Positions 16,351 to 24,130 of a stretch of DNA of 32,938 nt are shown here, in pieces. Where the stretch lies: the IMG/VR virus record IMGVR_UViG_3300045988_147139; one strand, 5' to 3'. The notes below the pieces were generated by a model. The model ran no database searches. It was not told where the DNA came from and saw nothing but the letters and a program-made list of their open reading frames with translations. Source of the stretch: a virus. How positions within the stretch are numbered: the stretch's first letter is position 1; the number at the start of each line of letters is the position of its first letter. The translations under genes were made by a program, and so were the position numbers.

Positions 16351-16672
16351 CTTCCTCACCGTCCTCCAGCATATCGGAAAAATCATCAGATGAATTATCC
16401 TCTGTCTCAGATGCCTCAGAGTTATCTTTAATCTGATCCTGGAAAACAAGACGCATCAGCACGCCGATAAATTCTATGGGGTCAACATTGTCTCCGGATA
16501 TCTGAGTGTAAAATGCCTTGAACGCATAAAACAGGTCTGTGAGTATCGGTGTTGCATTGCCGTCCTCAGGGATATCAATTTTCCCAACCGCATTGAGTTC
16601 ACGGTCCTCTTCGTCCTTAAAAGCGTCAGAAATCGCTGCTAAAAATATAATTTTGTTTGCCATTCTATTCAT
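16343..16672 (-). CDS. Hypothetical acidic protein (109 aa) with poly-acidic C-terminal tail
   Basis: ATG 16672 lies behind AGGAGG. The C-terminus reads DNSEASETEDNSSDDFSDMLEDGEEDD. Confidence 0.55.
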   Translation of the reverse strand: MNRMANKIIFLAAISDAFKDEEDRELNAVGKIDIPEDGNATPILTDLFYAFKAFYTQISGDNVDPIEFIGVLMRLVFQDQIKDNSEASETEDNSSDDFSDMLEDGEEDD

Positions 16673-16687
16673 TTTATTTTCCTCCTG

Positions 16688-16798
16688 TTATTTTCTGTTA
16701 TCAATTTTTTCTGAATCTCCCGCAGCCAAGATACACGCAACTGCAACAATGGTTATAATACCGATTATCCAGCCTATAAGCAGACCTGCGAGAAACAT
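16688..16798 (-). CDS. 36-aa single-pass membrane peptide (below the ORF-track cutoff)
   Basis: The TGATG overlap joins it to the upstream stop. The translation MFLAGLLIGWIIGIITIVAVACILAAGDSEKIDNRK is followed directly by the RBS of the next gene. Confidence 0.45.
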   Translation of the reverse strand: MFLAGLLIGWIIGIITIVAVACILAAGDSEKIDNRK

Positions 16799-17103
16799 CA
16801 TTCCTCACCGCCTTTTATCGTTCTGAGCAGCTCCATAAGCATTGTCCTTCGGTCACCGTAATTCATTCTGCGTTCCTCAGCCTTCGCCTTTTCGATATCC
16901 ACCTTGCGGATTTCACGATTGCAGTTCGCAATCTCACTGTTTATAGCATCAGCAATGATTTCATTGCGTTTAACCGCATCAGCCGCAGCCTGCAGCGCCT
17001 CTGCGTCCTGGCGGAATATTTCATCGTCGCCGTCATTGGTAAAATGACCCTCTGCTTCTTTTTTCAGGTCTTCAAGATGACGTATGATTTGATTTGCGTT
17101 CAT
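16798..17103 (-). CDS. Hypothetical coiled-coil protein (101 aa)
   Basis: ATG 17103 lies behind AGGAGG. The sequence is charged and helical. Confidence 0.5.
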   Translation of the reverse strand: MNANQIIRHLEDLKKEAEGHFTNDGDDEIFRQDAEALQAAADAVKRNEIIADAINSEIANCNREIRKVDIEKAKAEERRMNYGDRRTMLMELLRTIKGGEE

Positions 17104-17201
17104 TTTGCATATCCTCCTAATTTCAATTTAAATGCCAGTTTTAGGCACTTTGTGTTTTGGCGTGGATTTACCCTACCCGCATCCATAAAGCCTCATACAG
17201 T

Positions 17202-17672
17202 TCATTTTTGTGGGCTTGTCGTTGATTTGGCTGCACTCATGGCATTCAGCTTCTGCAAAACAGTCTTTTCGGTGACGCTTTCGCTTCTTGCCGCAGATAT
17301 CACAGCAAGCGCAGTCCTCAGTGCCTCGGTAACATCTTCGGGAAGTTTCAGCGGAGCCTTGCAGAGAGCTGCGCAAAGGCTCTCAGTCGCCTTGATAGCC
17401 TCCTGATGCTTTCGGCACGCATCGACATAAAGAAATCGCTGCTTGATATCCTCGTTGTACTGAGACAGGAGGCGCTGCTTTTCGGCAGCAGCCTGCTCCA
17501 GACTTATGGCTTTGCTTTTGAACATCGCATATACGCCGCAAAGTCGTGCAAAATATCTGTACTCAGCCGCAGGAAACTCAGAGCAATCAATTACCTGACC
17601 CTTGCAGCCTGCATTATAGCAGTCGGTCTCCAGCTGCTTGAAAACAGCCGGATCCGAAAAACATTTCTTCAA
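17202..17672 (-). CDS. Hypothetical protein (156 aa)
   Basis: TTG 17672 lies 6 nt after GGAGG and 2 nt after the upstream stop. The track start at 17702 would overlap the upstream gene by 29 nt. Confidence 0.5.
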   Translation of the reverse strand: MKKCFSDPAVFKQLETDCYNAGCKGQVIDCSEFPAAEYRYFARLCGVYAMFKSKAISLEQAAAEKQRLLSQYNEDIKQRFLYVDACRKHQEAIKATESLCAALCKAPLKLPEDVTEALRTALAVISAARSESVTEKTVLQKLNAMSAAKSTTSPQK

Positions 17673-17673
17673 T

Positions 17674-18396
17674 TTACACCTCCGGTTTATTTTTGATTGC
17701 ATGATTTACGATCAGGTCAAGGTCAAATGACGGCTGCTTGGAAGGCTGTGCCTTTGCGCCGTCCTCCTCTATCCACTTGACTATCGTGTTGTAGTGATTA
17801 CGATACGGCTTCTTGCCGCTGGATTTTATGTATTCACTGATTTTATCAACGTACGCATTGACTATCGTGTCTCCGTATTTATCGCAAAGCGATTTGTATT
17901 GTTCCGTTGTCAGTCGTACGTTGTTGTGTGTGCCCCTTGCGGGCACCTTACTACTAACACTACTACGTAGTACAGTATCAGTATCAGTATCAGTTACAGT
18001 ATCAGTATCAGTTACAGTATCAGTATCACTATCCATTTGTATTTTTTTGTATGCGTTTGTATCGTTTTGAATACATTTGTATTCATTTGTATTCAAATGT
18101 ATATCTTCTTTGTCGCTGACAACAGGCTTTGAAGTGTTGTCGCTATCTTTTGCCCAGCGCTTTTTGATATTTTCAGCACGCTTCTGGCATACTTCGTTGT
18201 ATCGCTGTAAATCGCCTTCAAGCTGATTGGCAATAAAGGAAAATGCCATTGCTGCCATACCATCGAGGGTAGGCAGCTCTTTTGTATTGACATATTCCAG
18301 AATAGCTTTAAACAGCTTGCCTGCATCTTCATCGGAAAGTATCTGCACCTGCCTGATGTACTCCGCATAAAGGATAAAGCTCTTCTTTTTCGGCAT
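17674..18396 (-). CDS. Replisome organizer / replication initiator-like protein with internal repeat (ori) region
   Basis: The N-terminus FILYAEYIRQVQILSDEDAGKLFKAILEY and the C-terminus NVRLTTEQYKSLCDKYG...YIKSSGKKPYRNHYNTIVKWI resemble phage replisome-organizer/DnaD-like proteins. A central low-complexity linker is encoded by DNA repeats. Confidence 0.6.
   Translation of the reverse strand: MPKKKSFILYAEYIRQVQILSDEDAGKLFKAILEYVNTKELPTLDGMAAMAFSFIANQLEGDLQRYNEVCQKRAENIKKRWAKDSDNTSKPVVSDKEDIHLNTNEYKCIQNDTNAYKKIQMDSDTDTVTDTDTVTDTDTDTVLRSSVSSKVPARGTHNNVRLTTEQYKSLCDKYGDTIVNAYVDKISEYIKSSGKKPYRNHYNTIVKWIEEDGAKAQPSKQPSFDLDLIVNHAIKNKPEV
17961..18032. repeat. 12-bp palindrome plus 18-bp tandem repeats (hexamer CAGTAT based)
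   Basis: TACTACGTAGTA (17961-17972) is followed by cagtat and then three 18-bp units: two copies of cagtatcagtatcagtta and a variant cagtatcagtatcactat (17973-18032). The repeats encode DSDTDTVTDTDTVTDTDTDTV. Confidence 0.85.
18031..18100. repeat. Seven helically phased 10-bp repeats (ATnnnTTTGT), candidate origin iterons / bent DNA
   Basis: The units are atccatttgt atttttttgt atgcgtttgt atcgttttga atacatttgt attcatttgt attcaaatgt, with an exact 10-bp period. Confidence 0.8.
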
Positions 18397-18406
18397 TCAG
18401 ACCACC

Positions 18407-18850
18407 TCAGAACGGAAGATCGCTGTCGCTCACAACTTCCTCAAAGTCCGAAAGGTCGGCAGGAACGGGAGCAGGTGCAGCCGCTGCCGTATTGTTTCGC
18501 TGAGGAGGGGAAGAGCTTTTGTTTCCGCCGCTGTCACCGCCGAAATATGCGTGCTCCGCAAGCACCTCAGTGACATAATGCTTTACATCGGGGTAACGCT
18601 TGTCATCATAATTTCTCGTTCTGATAACGCCCTCAATGCCTATCATCTTGCCCTTGGAGAAGTATCGGCAGATAAATTCAGCCGTCTGTCTCCACGCCGT
18701 GCAGCTGATAAAATCGACCTGCCGCCCGCCGTTCTGATCCTTATACCCCCTATCAACAGCCACGCTGAAGCTACAGGACGATATGCCGTTTACGCTCTGC
18801 CGCAGTTCAGGATCTGATGTAAGACGTCCCATTAAACACACTCTATTCAT
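18407..18850 (-). CDS. ssb: Single-stranded DNA-binding protein
   Basis: The OB-fold N-terminus MNRVCLMGRLTSDPELRQ...FSVAVDR, a Gly/Pro-rich linker and the acidic tip DSDLPF are all present. Confidence 0.9.
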   Translation of the reverse strand: MNRVCLMGRLTSDPELRQSVNGISSCSFSVAVDRGYKDQNGGRQVDFISCTAWRQTAEFICRYFSKGKMIGIEGVIRTRNYDDKRYPDVKHYVTEVLAEHAYFGGDSGGNKSSSPPQRNNTAAAAPAPVPADLSDFEEVVSDSDLPF

Positions 18851-19308
18851 GTTGCACCTCCTAAAATTTTGGCTATCATATAGCCTGTCATACGCTTGTC
18901 GCAGAATACGAAATCAACATCATACCGCTGACCAATGGTAAAGAGTATCTTGAAAAGCTGCTTTCCGCTGACAGCTTTGGGAGACGTTCTGAGGCGGGGA
19001 TTTACCCACCCCTGAACATCTGCAAGTGTCTTGATATTGCTTCCGTGTTCGCAAAGAATAATGATCTTTATCCCATTTTCCCGTGCACGTTTAAGCTCAT
19101 TGATGAACCTTTCGTGCTGCTGGCAGACATTACCGCATATTTCCTGTAAATTCTGCTTGCGGTCAATTACGACCCTCGGATTGTCGAGGCTCATATAATC
19201 GCCTACATAAAGCTTTGACGTATAATGCTGAATGCCTGTTTCATCAAAATAGCTCACTATCTGTTTAATGGCTCTTGATTTTTCTCTGGTATCAATCTGT
19301 ATAGTCAC
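18847..19308 (-). CDS. ERCC4-type nuclease (probable Holliday junction/branch resolvase)
   Basis: IQIDTREK...VGDYMS...VIDRKQNLQEI fits the ERCC4 GDx(n)ERK-like core. Confidence 0.6.
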   Translation of the reverse strand: MTIQIDTREKSRAIKQIVSYFDETGIQHYTSKLYVGDYMSLDNPRVVIDRKQNLQEICGNVCQQHERFINELKRARENGIKIIILCEHGSNIKTLADVQGWVNPRLRTSPKAVSGKQLFKILFTIGQRYDVDFVFCDKRMTGYMIAKILGGAT

Positions 19309-20083
19309 TTTTAAACTCCTCCGAGGTCAGGACCTTGTCAAGCTGTTTTGTGAATTTACAGTAATCACAGTGTCCGCATCTGGTCGGTTCTTCCTTTCCA
19401 GACTTTATTGCCGCATATCTTCCGATATTTGCCTTGACGATCTCCATAGCCGCATCAAGCTCAGCCTGATCCAGACTTATGACCTGTAAGTCGGTCTCCT
19501 TTTCCTTTGTAGCTGCAGCAAGGACAAAGGGGAGAGTTTCCCCTGTGTTCTGCCTTACTATCTCCTGATATACAGCGCCCTGAATGTCATAGCCCCAGGC
19601 TTCATAAAAGCTGAGCCTGCCTCTGCCGTTTACAAATATGGGGGAAAAGTCCTTTATGACCTTGAGGTCAACTATGGTCTTGTGCTCCCGATAGCTGTCA
19701 ATTTTTATCTTGACAGGCACGCCTTCAATCTCGCCCACCATAATTTTCTGCTTTTCTCCGTCCATAGCCTTCATGAAAAAGCTGTCTCGTTCGATTCGGT
19801 TGATTATGTAATCCGCCTGATTATATTCAGCTTTCAACGCACCGTCACGCTTGAATATTTCGGGGTTCTTTGCCTTGAAAATATCAAGCGTGCCCTCGAA
19901 ATGCGCATCGACATACGAGCCTACAAGAAGTGCGGTAGTCTTTTCGGGAGCATATTCACCGTGCAGCTCCGCAAGGGCTGCCGCCTCACATTTTTCAAAG
20001 CTTTTGAACTGAGACACGCCCATATATTTCAGATTGTTCTCCGGCGAAAAATAGTCGGTCTGAGTTATGCTGTGAGGTATCAT
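19292..20083 (-). CDS. PD-(D/E)XK exonuclease, Cas4/RecB-like (263 aa)
   Basis: ATG 20083 shares an ATGA overlap with the ATPase stop. It has a D...DLK nuclease motif (IVDLKVIKD) and a C-terminal Cys cluster CGHCDYC. It is the expected partner of RecT. Confidence 0.7.
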   Translation of the reverse strand: MIPHSITQTDYFSPENNLKYMGVSQFKSFEKCEAAALAELHGEYAPEKTTALLVGSYVDAHFEGTLDIFKAKNPEIFKRDGALKAEYNQADYIINRIERDSFFMKAMDGEKQKIMVGEIEGVPVKIKIDSYREHKTIVDLKVIKDFSPIFVNGRGRLSFYEAWGYDIQGAVYQEIVRQNTGETLPFVLAAATKEKETDLQVISLDQAELDAAMEIVKANIGRYAAIKSGKEEPTRCGHCDYCKFTKQLDKVLTSEEFKSDYTD

Positions 20084-21510
20084 AAATATGTTACCTCCAT
20101 TTCCGAACTGTCGGTCGTTCTTGTGGCGATAAACTGCACACCCTTTTCCCTGCACTTGTTGTACAGCTTTTCACGGTTTTCCGCACTGAGCTTTTCAGCG
20201 CCGTCGATGAGAATTATCTGTAAATTGTTGGGCTTGCTCAGAGCAACGTCAACGCAAAGCTCAAGCTGTTCACCCTCTGAGAGGTTGGAAACGGGGAGAC
20301 CGTGTATAAGGGGAATGCCGTTCTCCACCGTGAAGCCCTCAATGGGGATAGAAGCGGTTTCGAGTATCTTTCCGGGAAGACTGCGGGCAAGCTCTATCTT
20401 TGCTGTAAGCTTGTCCGAAGCGGCGGTAAGCTCCTTGACCTCTTCCTGCATATTCCTCATACGGTTGTACTCGTTGATATATTTTTTCATCTGCTCGGCG
20501 TGCGCCGCCTGCTCTTCCAGAGGAGCCGTTTCAACGGGAATTTTGTCCGCATATTCGTCAGCAACCTTGATATCGGAATCAAGCCTTGCCACATTTTCGT
20601 TATAACGGCTTTCCGCAATTGCTATCTTATCCGCAAGTATCCCGTCAAGGGAAGCAAGCTTGTTCTCATTGGCTGCGATCTCCGCTTTCATGCGTTCGAT
20701 AGATTTCAAAATAGCTTCACGCTGGTTTGATATCGCCATCTTTTCGGCAGCTACAGCGGATTCCTTTTCGCCCTGAAAGCCCCTTATCTTGTTGGCATAA
20801 CTGTCCTTGAACGCCTTTGCACGCTGAATACGGCTGTTGTGTTCCCTGGCGATGTTTATCTTCTTATACGCTTCCGCAAGGTCGAAATTCTCCCATTCCT
20901 CCGCATTGAAATGCTCGGGTATATCTTTGGCGATATCCTCGATGAACGCCTTCTGATTGCGGATATCACGGTTGATGTCCTGCCTGCGCTTAAAATAGTC
21001 CCCATTTTCGGACTGGATATCCGAAAGTACCTGCAGTATGTTCTGGCTGTAATCAATGCCCTGCGGTATCTCACCGAACTGCTGATTTATCCAGTTAAGG
21101 TCCCAGGGAAATTCGATGAGGTCAAGAATGGCCCTGTTCTGCTCCTTTTTGGTCATCTGGGTAAAAGCTACAGGGTCAAGCTGCAAGGGCGTAAAGAGCT
21201 GCTTAAGAAAGTTTTCGGGAGAAGATACTTCCTTGCCGCAGTCCTTTACGGATTTATAATCAGCCTGCTCGGTGCGCTTCTTACGATTGATGTAAATACC
21301 TGTGTCAGTCTCAACAATGATCTCGCCCTCCTTTTCGCCCTTGTGGATAACATAATCACGGGAGCTTCCATTGGTAAGAGCATATCTGATAGAATCTATT
21401 ACCGATGTCTTACCTGTACCGTTTGTACCTGTGATCTCGACAGATCTGCCGTCAAGCTCGGTCTCGGTGATGCCGAAAAGGTTCTTTATTTTTATCTTGG
21501 TAGCCTTCAT
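20080..21510 (-). CDS. SMC/RecN/SbcC-like AAA ATPase with coiled-coil
   Basis: It has Walker A GTNGTGKTS, a long coiled-coil middle region and Walker B LQIILIDGAEKL. Confidence 0.75.
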   Translation of the reverse strand: MKATKIKIKNLFGITETELDGRSVEITGTNGTGKTSVIDSIRYALTNGSSRDYVIHKGEKEGEIIVETDTGIYINRKKRTEQADYKSVKDCGKEVSSPENFLKQLFTPLQLDPVAFTQMTKKEQNRAILDLIEFPWDLNWINQQFGEIPQGIDYSQNILQVLSDIQSENGDYFKRRQDINRDIRNQKAFIEDIAKDIPEHFNAEEWENFDLAEAYKKINIAREHNSRIQRAKAFKDSYANKIRGFQGEKESAVAAEKMAISNQREAILKSIERMKAEIAANENKLASLDGILADKIAIAESRYNENVARLDSDIKVADEYADKIPVETAPLEEQAAHAEQMKKYINEYNRMRNMQEEVKELTAASDKLTAKIELARSLPGKILETASIPIEGFTVENGIPLIHGLPVSNLSEGEQLELCVDVALSKPNNLQIILIDGAEKLSAENREKLYNKCREKGVQFIATRTTDSSEMEVTYL

Positions 21511-21525
21511 TTTTCATATCCTCCG

Positions 21526-22140
21526 TTACAGTTCAATTCTTTCAACGGGCTGAATGTCCTCAGCCTCGCCCTCAACGTGTACGCCCATAAGGACTTCGGG
21601 GCAATAGACCCTCGCAAAGAATGACGATGCCCTGTATGCAAGCATAAGCTCGGGCATATTCGTCCATTTTGGATTTTTACCGAGCCACCCCTCATCCCTC
21701 GCCATTTTCAGCGTGACCTCGGGACCTTCCACTCTGTCACCCGTGTCAGCCCATACAGCCGACAGATAACAGCCTCGGTCATCGGTGCCCTTTGTGCCGA
21801 TATATACAGGTCGGACGCTGCCCGGCTTGAATTTGCCGCAGCCTTCAATGAGAGCCTTGCAAGCCTGCCCGCTCCATGAGGGCTTTCCTTTGACCACATA
21901 AAGGTTTTGCATGACCATCATTGGAGATACACCCATTCTGTCAGCCATATCTACAGCGATGGCGCAGTCGGCAGGCTTGTTTTTGTAGTTATCGGGTATT
22001 ATATCCGCTGTAGAGATTACCTTTGCGAGCTTATATGCTCTTGAAAAATCAGCAACTATATTTGTGGAAGGCTGCTGCACAATTTCCGATATTGCGGCGC
22101 TGCTCTGAGCAGGAGCCTGTATTATGTCGTTTGTTTCCAT
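21526..22140 (-). CDS. recT: RecT-family single-strand annealing protein
   Basis: MQNLYVVKGKPSWSGQACKALIE...NMPELMLAYRASSFFARVYCPEVLMG is typical RecT core sequence. Confidence 0.8.
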   Translation of the reverse strand: METNDIIQAPAQSSAAISEIVQQPSTNIVADFSRAYKLAKVISTADIIPDNYKNKPADCAIAVDMADRMGVSPMMVMQNLYVVKGKPSWSGQACKALIEGCGKFKPGSVRPVYIGTKGTDDRGCYLSAVWADTGDRVEGPEVTLKMARDEGWLGKNPKWTNMPELMLAYRASSFFARVYCPEVLMGVHVEGEAEDIQPVERIEL

Positions 22141-22142
22141 TT

Positions 22143-23213
22143 TTATTCCTCCTCAAAAAGTGACATTTGTTCGTTGGTTTGGGGGATATCCTGCCATTTA
22201 ACACCTATGTAGTCAAGGACACGCCCCCAGCCATATTTTTCACCATCGCTGTCCGTGCAGCATTCATACATCCAGTAATGCCATTCTTTGGGGTTGTCCT
22301 CTCGGAGACGGTCAAAACGGTGTGGACGCTGCTCAATGTGGATACCGAAGCCGCACATCGAACAGCCTGTCCTTTGCGCCCTCGTGGTGTACAGTGTGCC
22401 GTCATCTTTGCACTTTATCTCGCCGTATGCTCGGGGAATAGGGACGTTAAGGTCAAGAGCCAGCTGTAAAAGGTCTTGACGGGAAAATATTGCAAATGGG
22501 CAGGAACGAACAGTATTCTTGCCGTAATAATTACAGCCGTTTTTCATCAGTCCCATTTCCCTCTGTCCGCCCTCGGAAGCCATAAGCCCCAAATAAGGGT
22601 AACTGTTGTGCTCTTTCGCCCAATCGTCTGCGGGCTTTTCTTTCATATAATAACAGCATCTTGATGATACTTTAAATTCGGGCGGCTTTGTGAAAGCCAG
22701 GTCAGGACGGTGCTCTCGGTAATTGTACCCGAAAAGCTTTATCCATTTTTCAGGCAATTTTATTTTATTGCTGTGCTGAAAATGTCCCTGCTCGCCCATA
22801 TCTCCCGTCATTATGGCGTGGATAAACGTCTGCTTTTCGCTGTCGGGTGTGAGAAGATAGTTTATCTTGTTAGCTTTTGCCTTTGAAATAACCGGAAATC
22901 CTAAGTCCTGAAGGACTTTCGATTTGGACATATATGGCTTTATCGGAATTACGCCTAATTGTTTATGTATTTCCTGATTGCCCCTATCTTCAAGGATAGA
23001 TACAGATATTGCAGGAACATCAATGCCGATAGATCTGAGAAAACACAACAGCGTTATGCTGTCAAGTCCGCCAACTGAAACATGGCAGTTGGCATTGTAA
23101 TCTCCGACTGGTGAAGTAATAGTGTTATAGAAATCCTTTGCCATTTTAGCGGCATGGGAAATCTTGCTTTCGTAAGGTAGTTGCTGATATTGTTGGAATG
23201 TCTTGATATCCAC
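22143..23213 (-). CDS. PAPS reductase / DndC-like PP-loop protein (356 aa)
   Basis: GTG 23213 lies 9 nt after AGGAGG. It has a PP-loop-like motif HVSVGGLDS and C-terminal Cys motifs (SRCCYYMKEKP, CSMCGFG). Confidence 0.7.
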   Translation of the reverse strand: MDIKTFQQYQQLPYESKISHAAKMAKDFYNTITSPVGDYNANCHVSVGGLDSITLLCFLRSIGIDVPAISVSILEDRGNQEIHKQLGVIPIKPYMSKSKVLQDLGFPVISKAKANKINYLLTPDSEKQTFIHAIMTGDMGEQGHFQHSNKIKLPEKWIKLFGYNYREHRPDLAFTKPPEFKVSSRCCYYMKEKPADDWAKEHNSYPYLGLMASEGGQREMGLMKNGCNYYGKNTVRSCPFAIFSRQDLLQLALDLNVPIPRAYGEIKCKDDGTLYTTRAQRTGCSMCGFGIHIEQRPHRFDRLREDNPKEWHYWMYECCTDSDGEKYGWGRVLDYIGVKWQDIPQTNEQMSLFEEE

Positions 23214-23242
23214 TTGACAAATCCTCCTAAATGCCTTATAAT
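23214..23242 (+). promoter_or_regulatory. Exact consensus sigma-70 promoter (antisense to the early operon)
   Basis: TTGACA (23214-23219), 17 nt, TATAAT (23237-23242). It overlaps the RBS region of the PAPS-reductase-like gene on the other strand. Confidence 0.75.
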
Positions 23243-23248
23243 AAGGCT

Positions 23249-23300
23249 GTCTTATTTATCTTTTTGCCGTGTACGGTTGCCGCCGTCACGGCTTTTCTTT
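23249..23300 (+). ncRNA. Candidate ~50-nt antisense RNA (promoter plus immediate terminator)
   Basis: The predicted start is ~23249. The hairpin GCCGTGTACGG-ttgccg-CCGTCACGGC (23266-23292; 10 bp, one bulge) is followed by TTTTCTTT. No ORF is present. Confidence 0.5.
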
Positions 23301-23451
23301 ACCCCTGCACAGGGCATTCGGAGAGCGACAGAATACTTGCCGCACCAACAAACTGCTGAGCGCATTCATTCGCCATCTCAAAGCTGTGTGCCTGAATGCG
23401 GCAGCTGTACTTCCTGCCCTCATAGGCGTATCTAAGGATATACCATTTCAT
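23299..23451 (-). CDS. Hypothetical 50-aa protein (below the ORF-track cutoff)
   Basis: ATG 23451 lies 2 nt after the upstream stop, with GGAGGTG just upstream. The translation is MKWYILRYAYEGRKYSCRIQAHSFEMANECAQQFVGAASILSLSECPVQG. Confidence 0.45.
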   Translation of the reverse strand: MKWYILRYAYEGRKYSCRIQAHSFEMANECAQQFVGAASILSLSECPVQG

Positions 23452-23453
23452 TT

Positions 23454-23636
23454 TTACACCTCCTTGCAAACATCTGTGATAACCGCCTCGACCAGATCGT
23501 CAAGACTGTTTTCAGCGAAAATCCTGTCCTTTGCCTTAGCTTCGGCAGCTTCTCTCGACCCAGCCGATACGCTGTACACATCGTTGAATGCGCCGCCCTT
23601 GAACCTGAGGTGGACATATACGTTGTATGTGCTCAT
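23454..23636 (-). CDS. Hypothetical 60-aa protein
   Basis: It shares a TAATG overlap with the upstream gene. The translation begins MSTYNVYVHLRFKGGAFNDVYSVSAGSREAAEAKAKDRIF... Confidence 0.5.
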   Translation of the reverse strand: MSTYNVYVHLRFKGGAFNDVYSVSAGSREAAEAKAKDRIFAENSLDDLVEAVITDVCKEV

Positions 23637-23800
23637 TACTTTACACCTGCCTTTTCCTTAGCCGCTTCAAGCAGCTTCTTGTCGATGATACGCTTGAGGC
23701 ATTTTGCCATAATCTCAGGGCTTGGCTCGTTCACGAGTATGATCCTGCGTCCGCTTTCGGACATCATTTCTCTGATGATGGGCTTTGTGGTTTCATTCAT
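23636..23800 (-). CDS. Hypothetical 54-aa protein (below the ORF-track cutoff)
   Basis: ATG 23800 lies behind AAGGAG. The translation is MNETTKPIIREMMSESGRRIILVNEPSPEIMAKCLKRIIDKKLLEAAKEKAGVK. Confidence 0.5.
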   Translation of the reverse strand: MNETTKPIIREMMSESGRRIILVNEPSPEIMAKCLKRIIDKKLLEAAKEKAGVK

Positions 23801-23835
23801 ATTTATTTCTCCTTCTTATAATATTTAGACGTGTT

Positions 23836-23864
23836 AATATTTTATAAATTGTGCAGGTTGACAA
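23836..23864 (-). promoter_or_regulatory. Weak candidate promoter for the 23800 gene block
   Basis: On the - strand: TTGTCA (23864-23859), 17 nt, AATATT (23841-23836). It lies back-to-back with the + strand promoter at 23909. Confidence 0.25.
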
Positions 23865-23908
23865 ACAACTCCCAAAGTTTTTCGTAAATACCATATATAG
23901 CTATTTTA

Positions 23909-23937
23909 TTGACAATAATTACTATATGTAGTATAAT
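23909..23937 (+). promoter_or_regulatory. Exact consensus sigma-70 promoter for the 48-aa ORF
   Basis: TTGACA (23909-23914), 17 nt, TATAAT (23932-23937). Confidence 0.8.
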
Positions 23938-23971
23938 TAGGCTATAAACTAATATGAAGGGAGGAATGTTC

Positions 23972-24118
23972 ATGTCAAACACTAAGCAGACAAGTGCGTC
24001 TGTCGCTTCAAAAGCATCGACTATTCTTAGAGATGGTCGATACAGCAAGACTTCTAAGTCAGTTGCCGGAAGCGCTCTTTCTCAGACCAAGACATCTTCT
24101 AAGAGCAGCAAGAAGTAA
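23972..24118 (+). CDS. 48-aa Ser/Lys/Thr-rich protein (below the ORF-track cutoff)
   Basis: ATG 23972 lies 7 nt after GGGAGG. The translation is MSNTKQTSASVASKASTILRDGRYSKTSKSVAGSALSQTKTSSKSSKK. It has its own promoter and terminator. Confidence 0.6.
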   Translation: MSNTKQTSASVASKASTILRDGRYSKTSKSVAGSALSQTKTSSKSSKK

Positions 24119-24130
24119 GCTTGGCAAAAT

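Noticed and set aside
17973-18032. Tandem repeats considered as a CRISPR array or satellite
   Set aside because: The units are contiguous with no spacers and are translated in frame within the replisome-organizer gene. An origin/linker interpretation fits better.
19682-21624. Long + strand ORFs (307, 142 and 261 aa)
   Set aside because: They are antisense to the clearly recognisable exonuclease and ATPase genes. They have no RBS or promoter and an implausible hydrophobic, low-complexity composition.
23842-24048. - strand ORF of 68 aa
   Set aside because: It lies over the AT-rich promoter and coding region of the + strand 48-aa unit, has no RBS, and its hydrophobic sequence is an AT-rich frame artefact.
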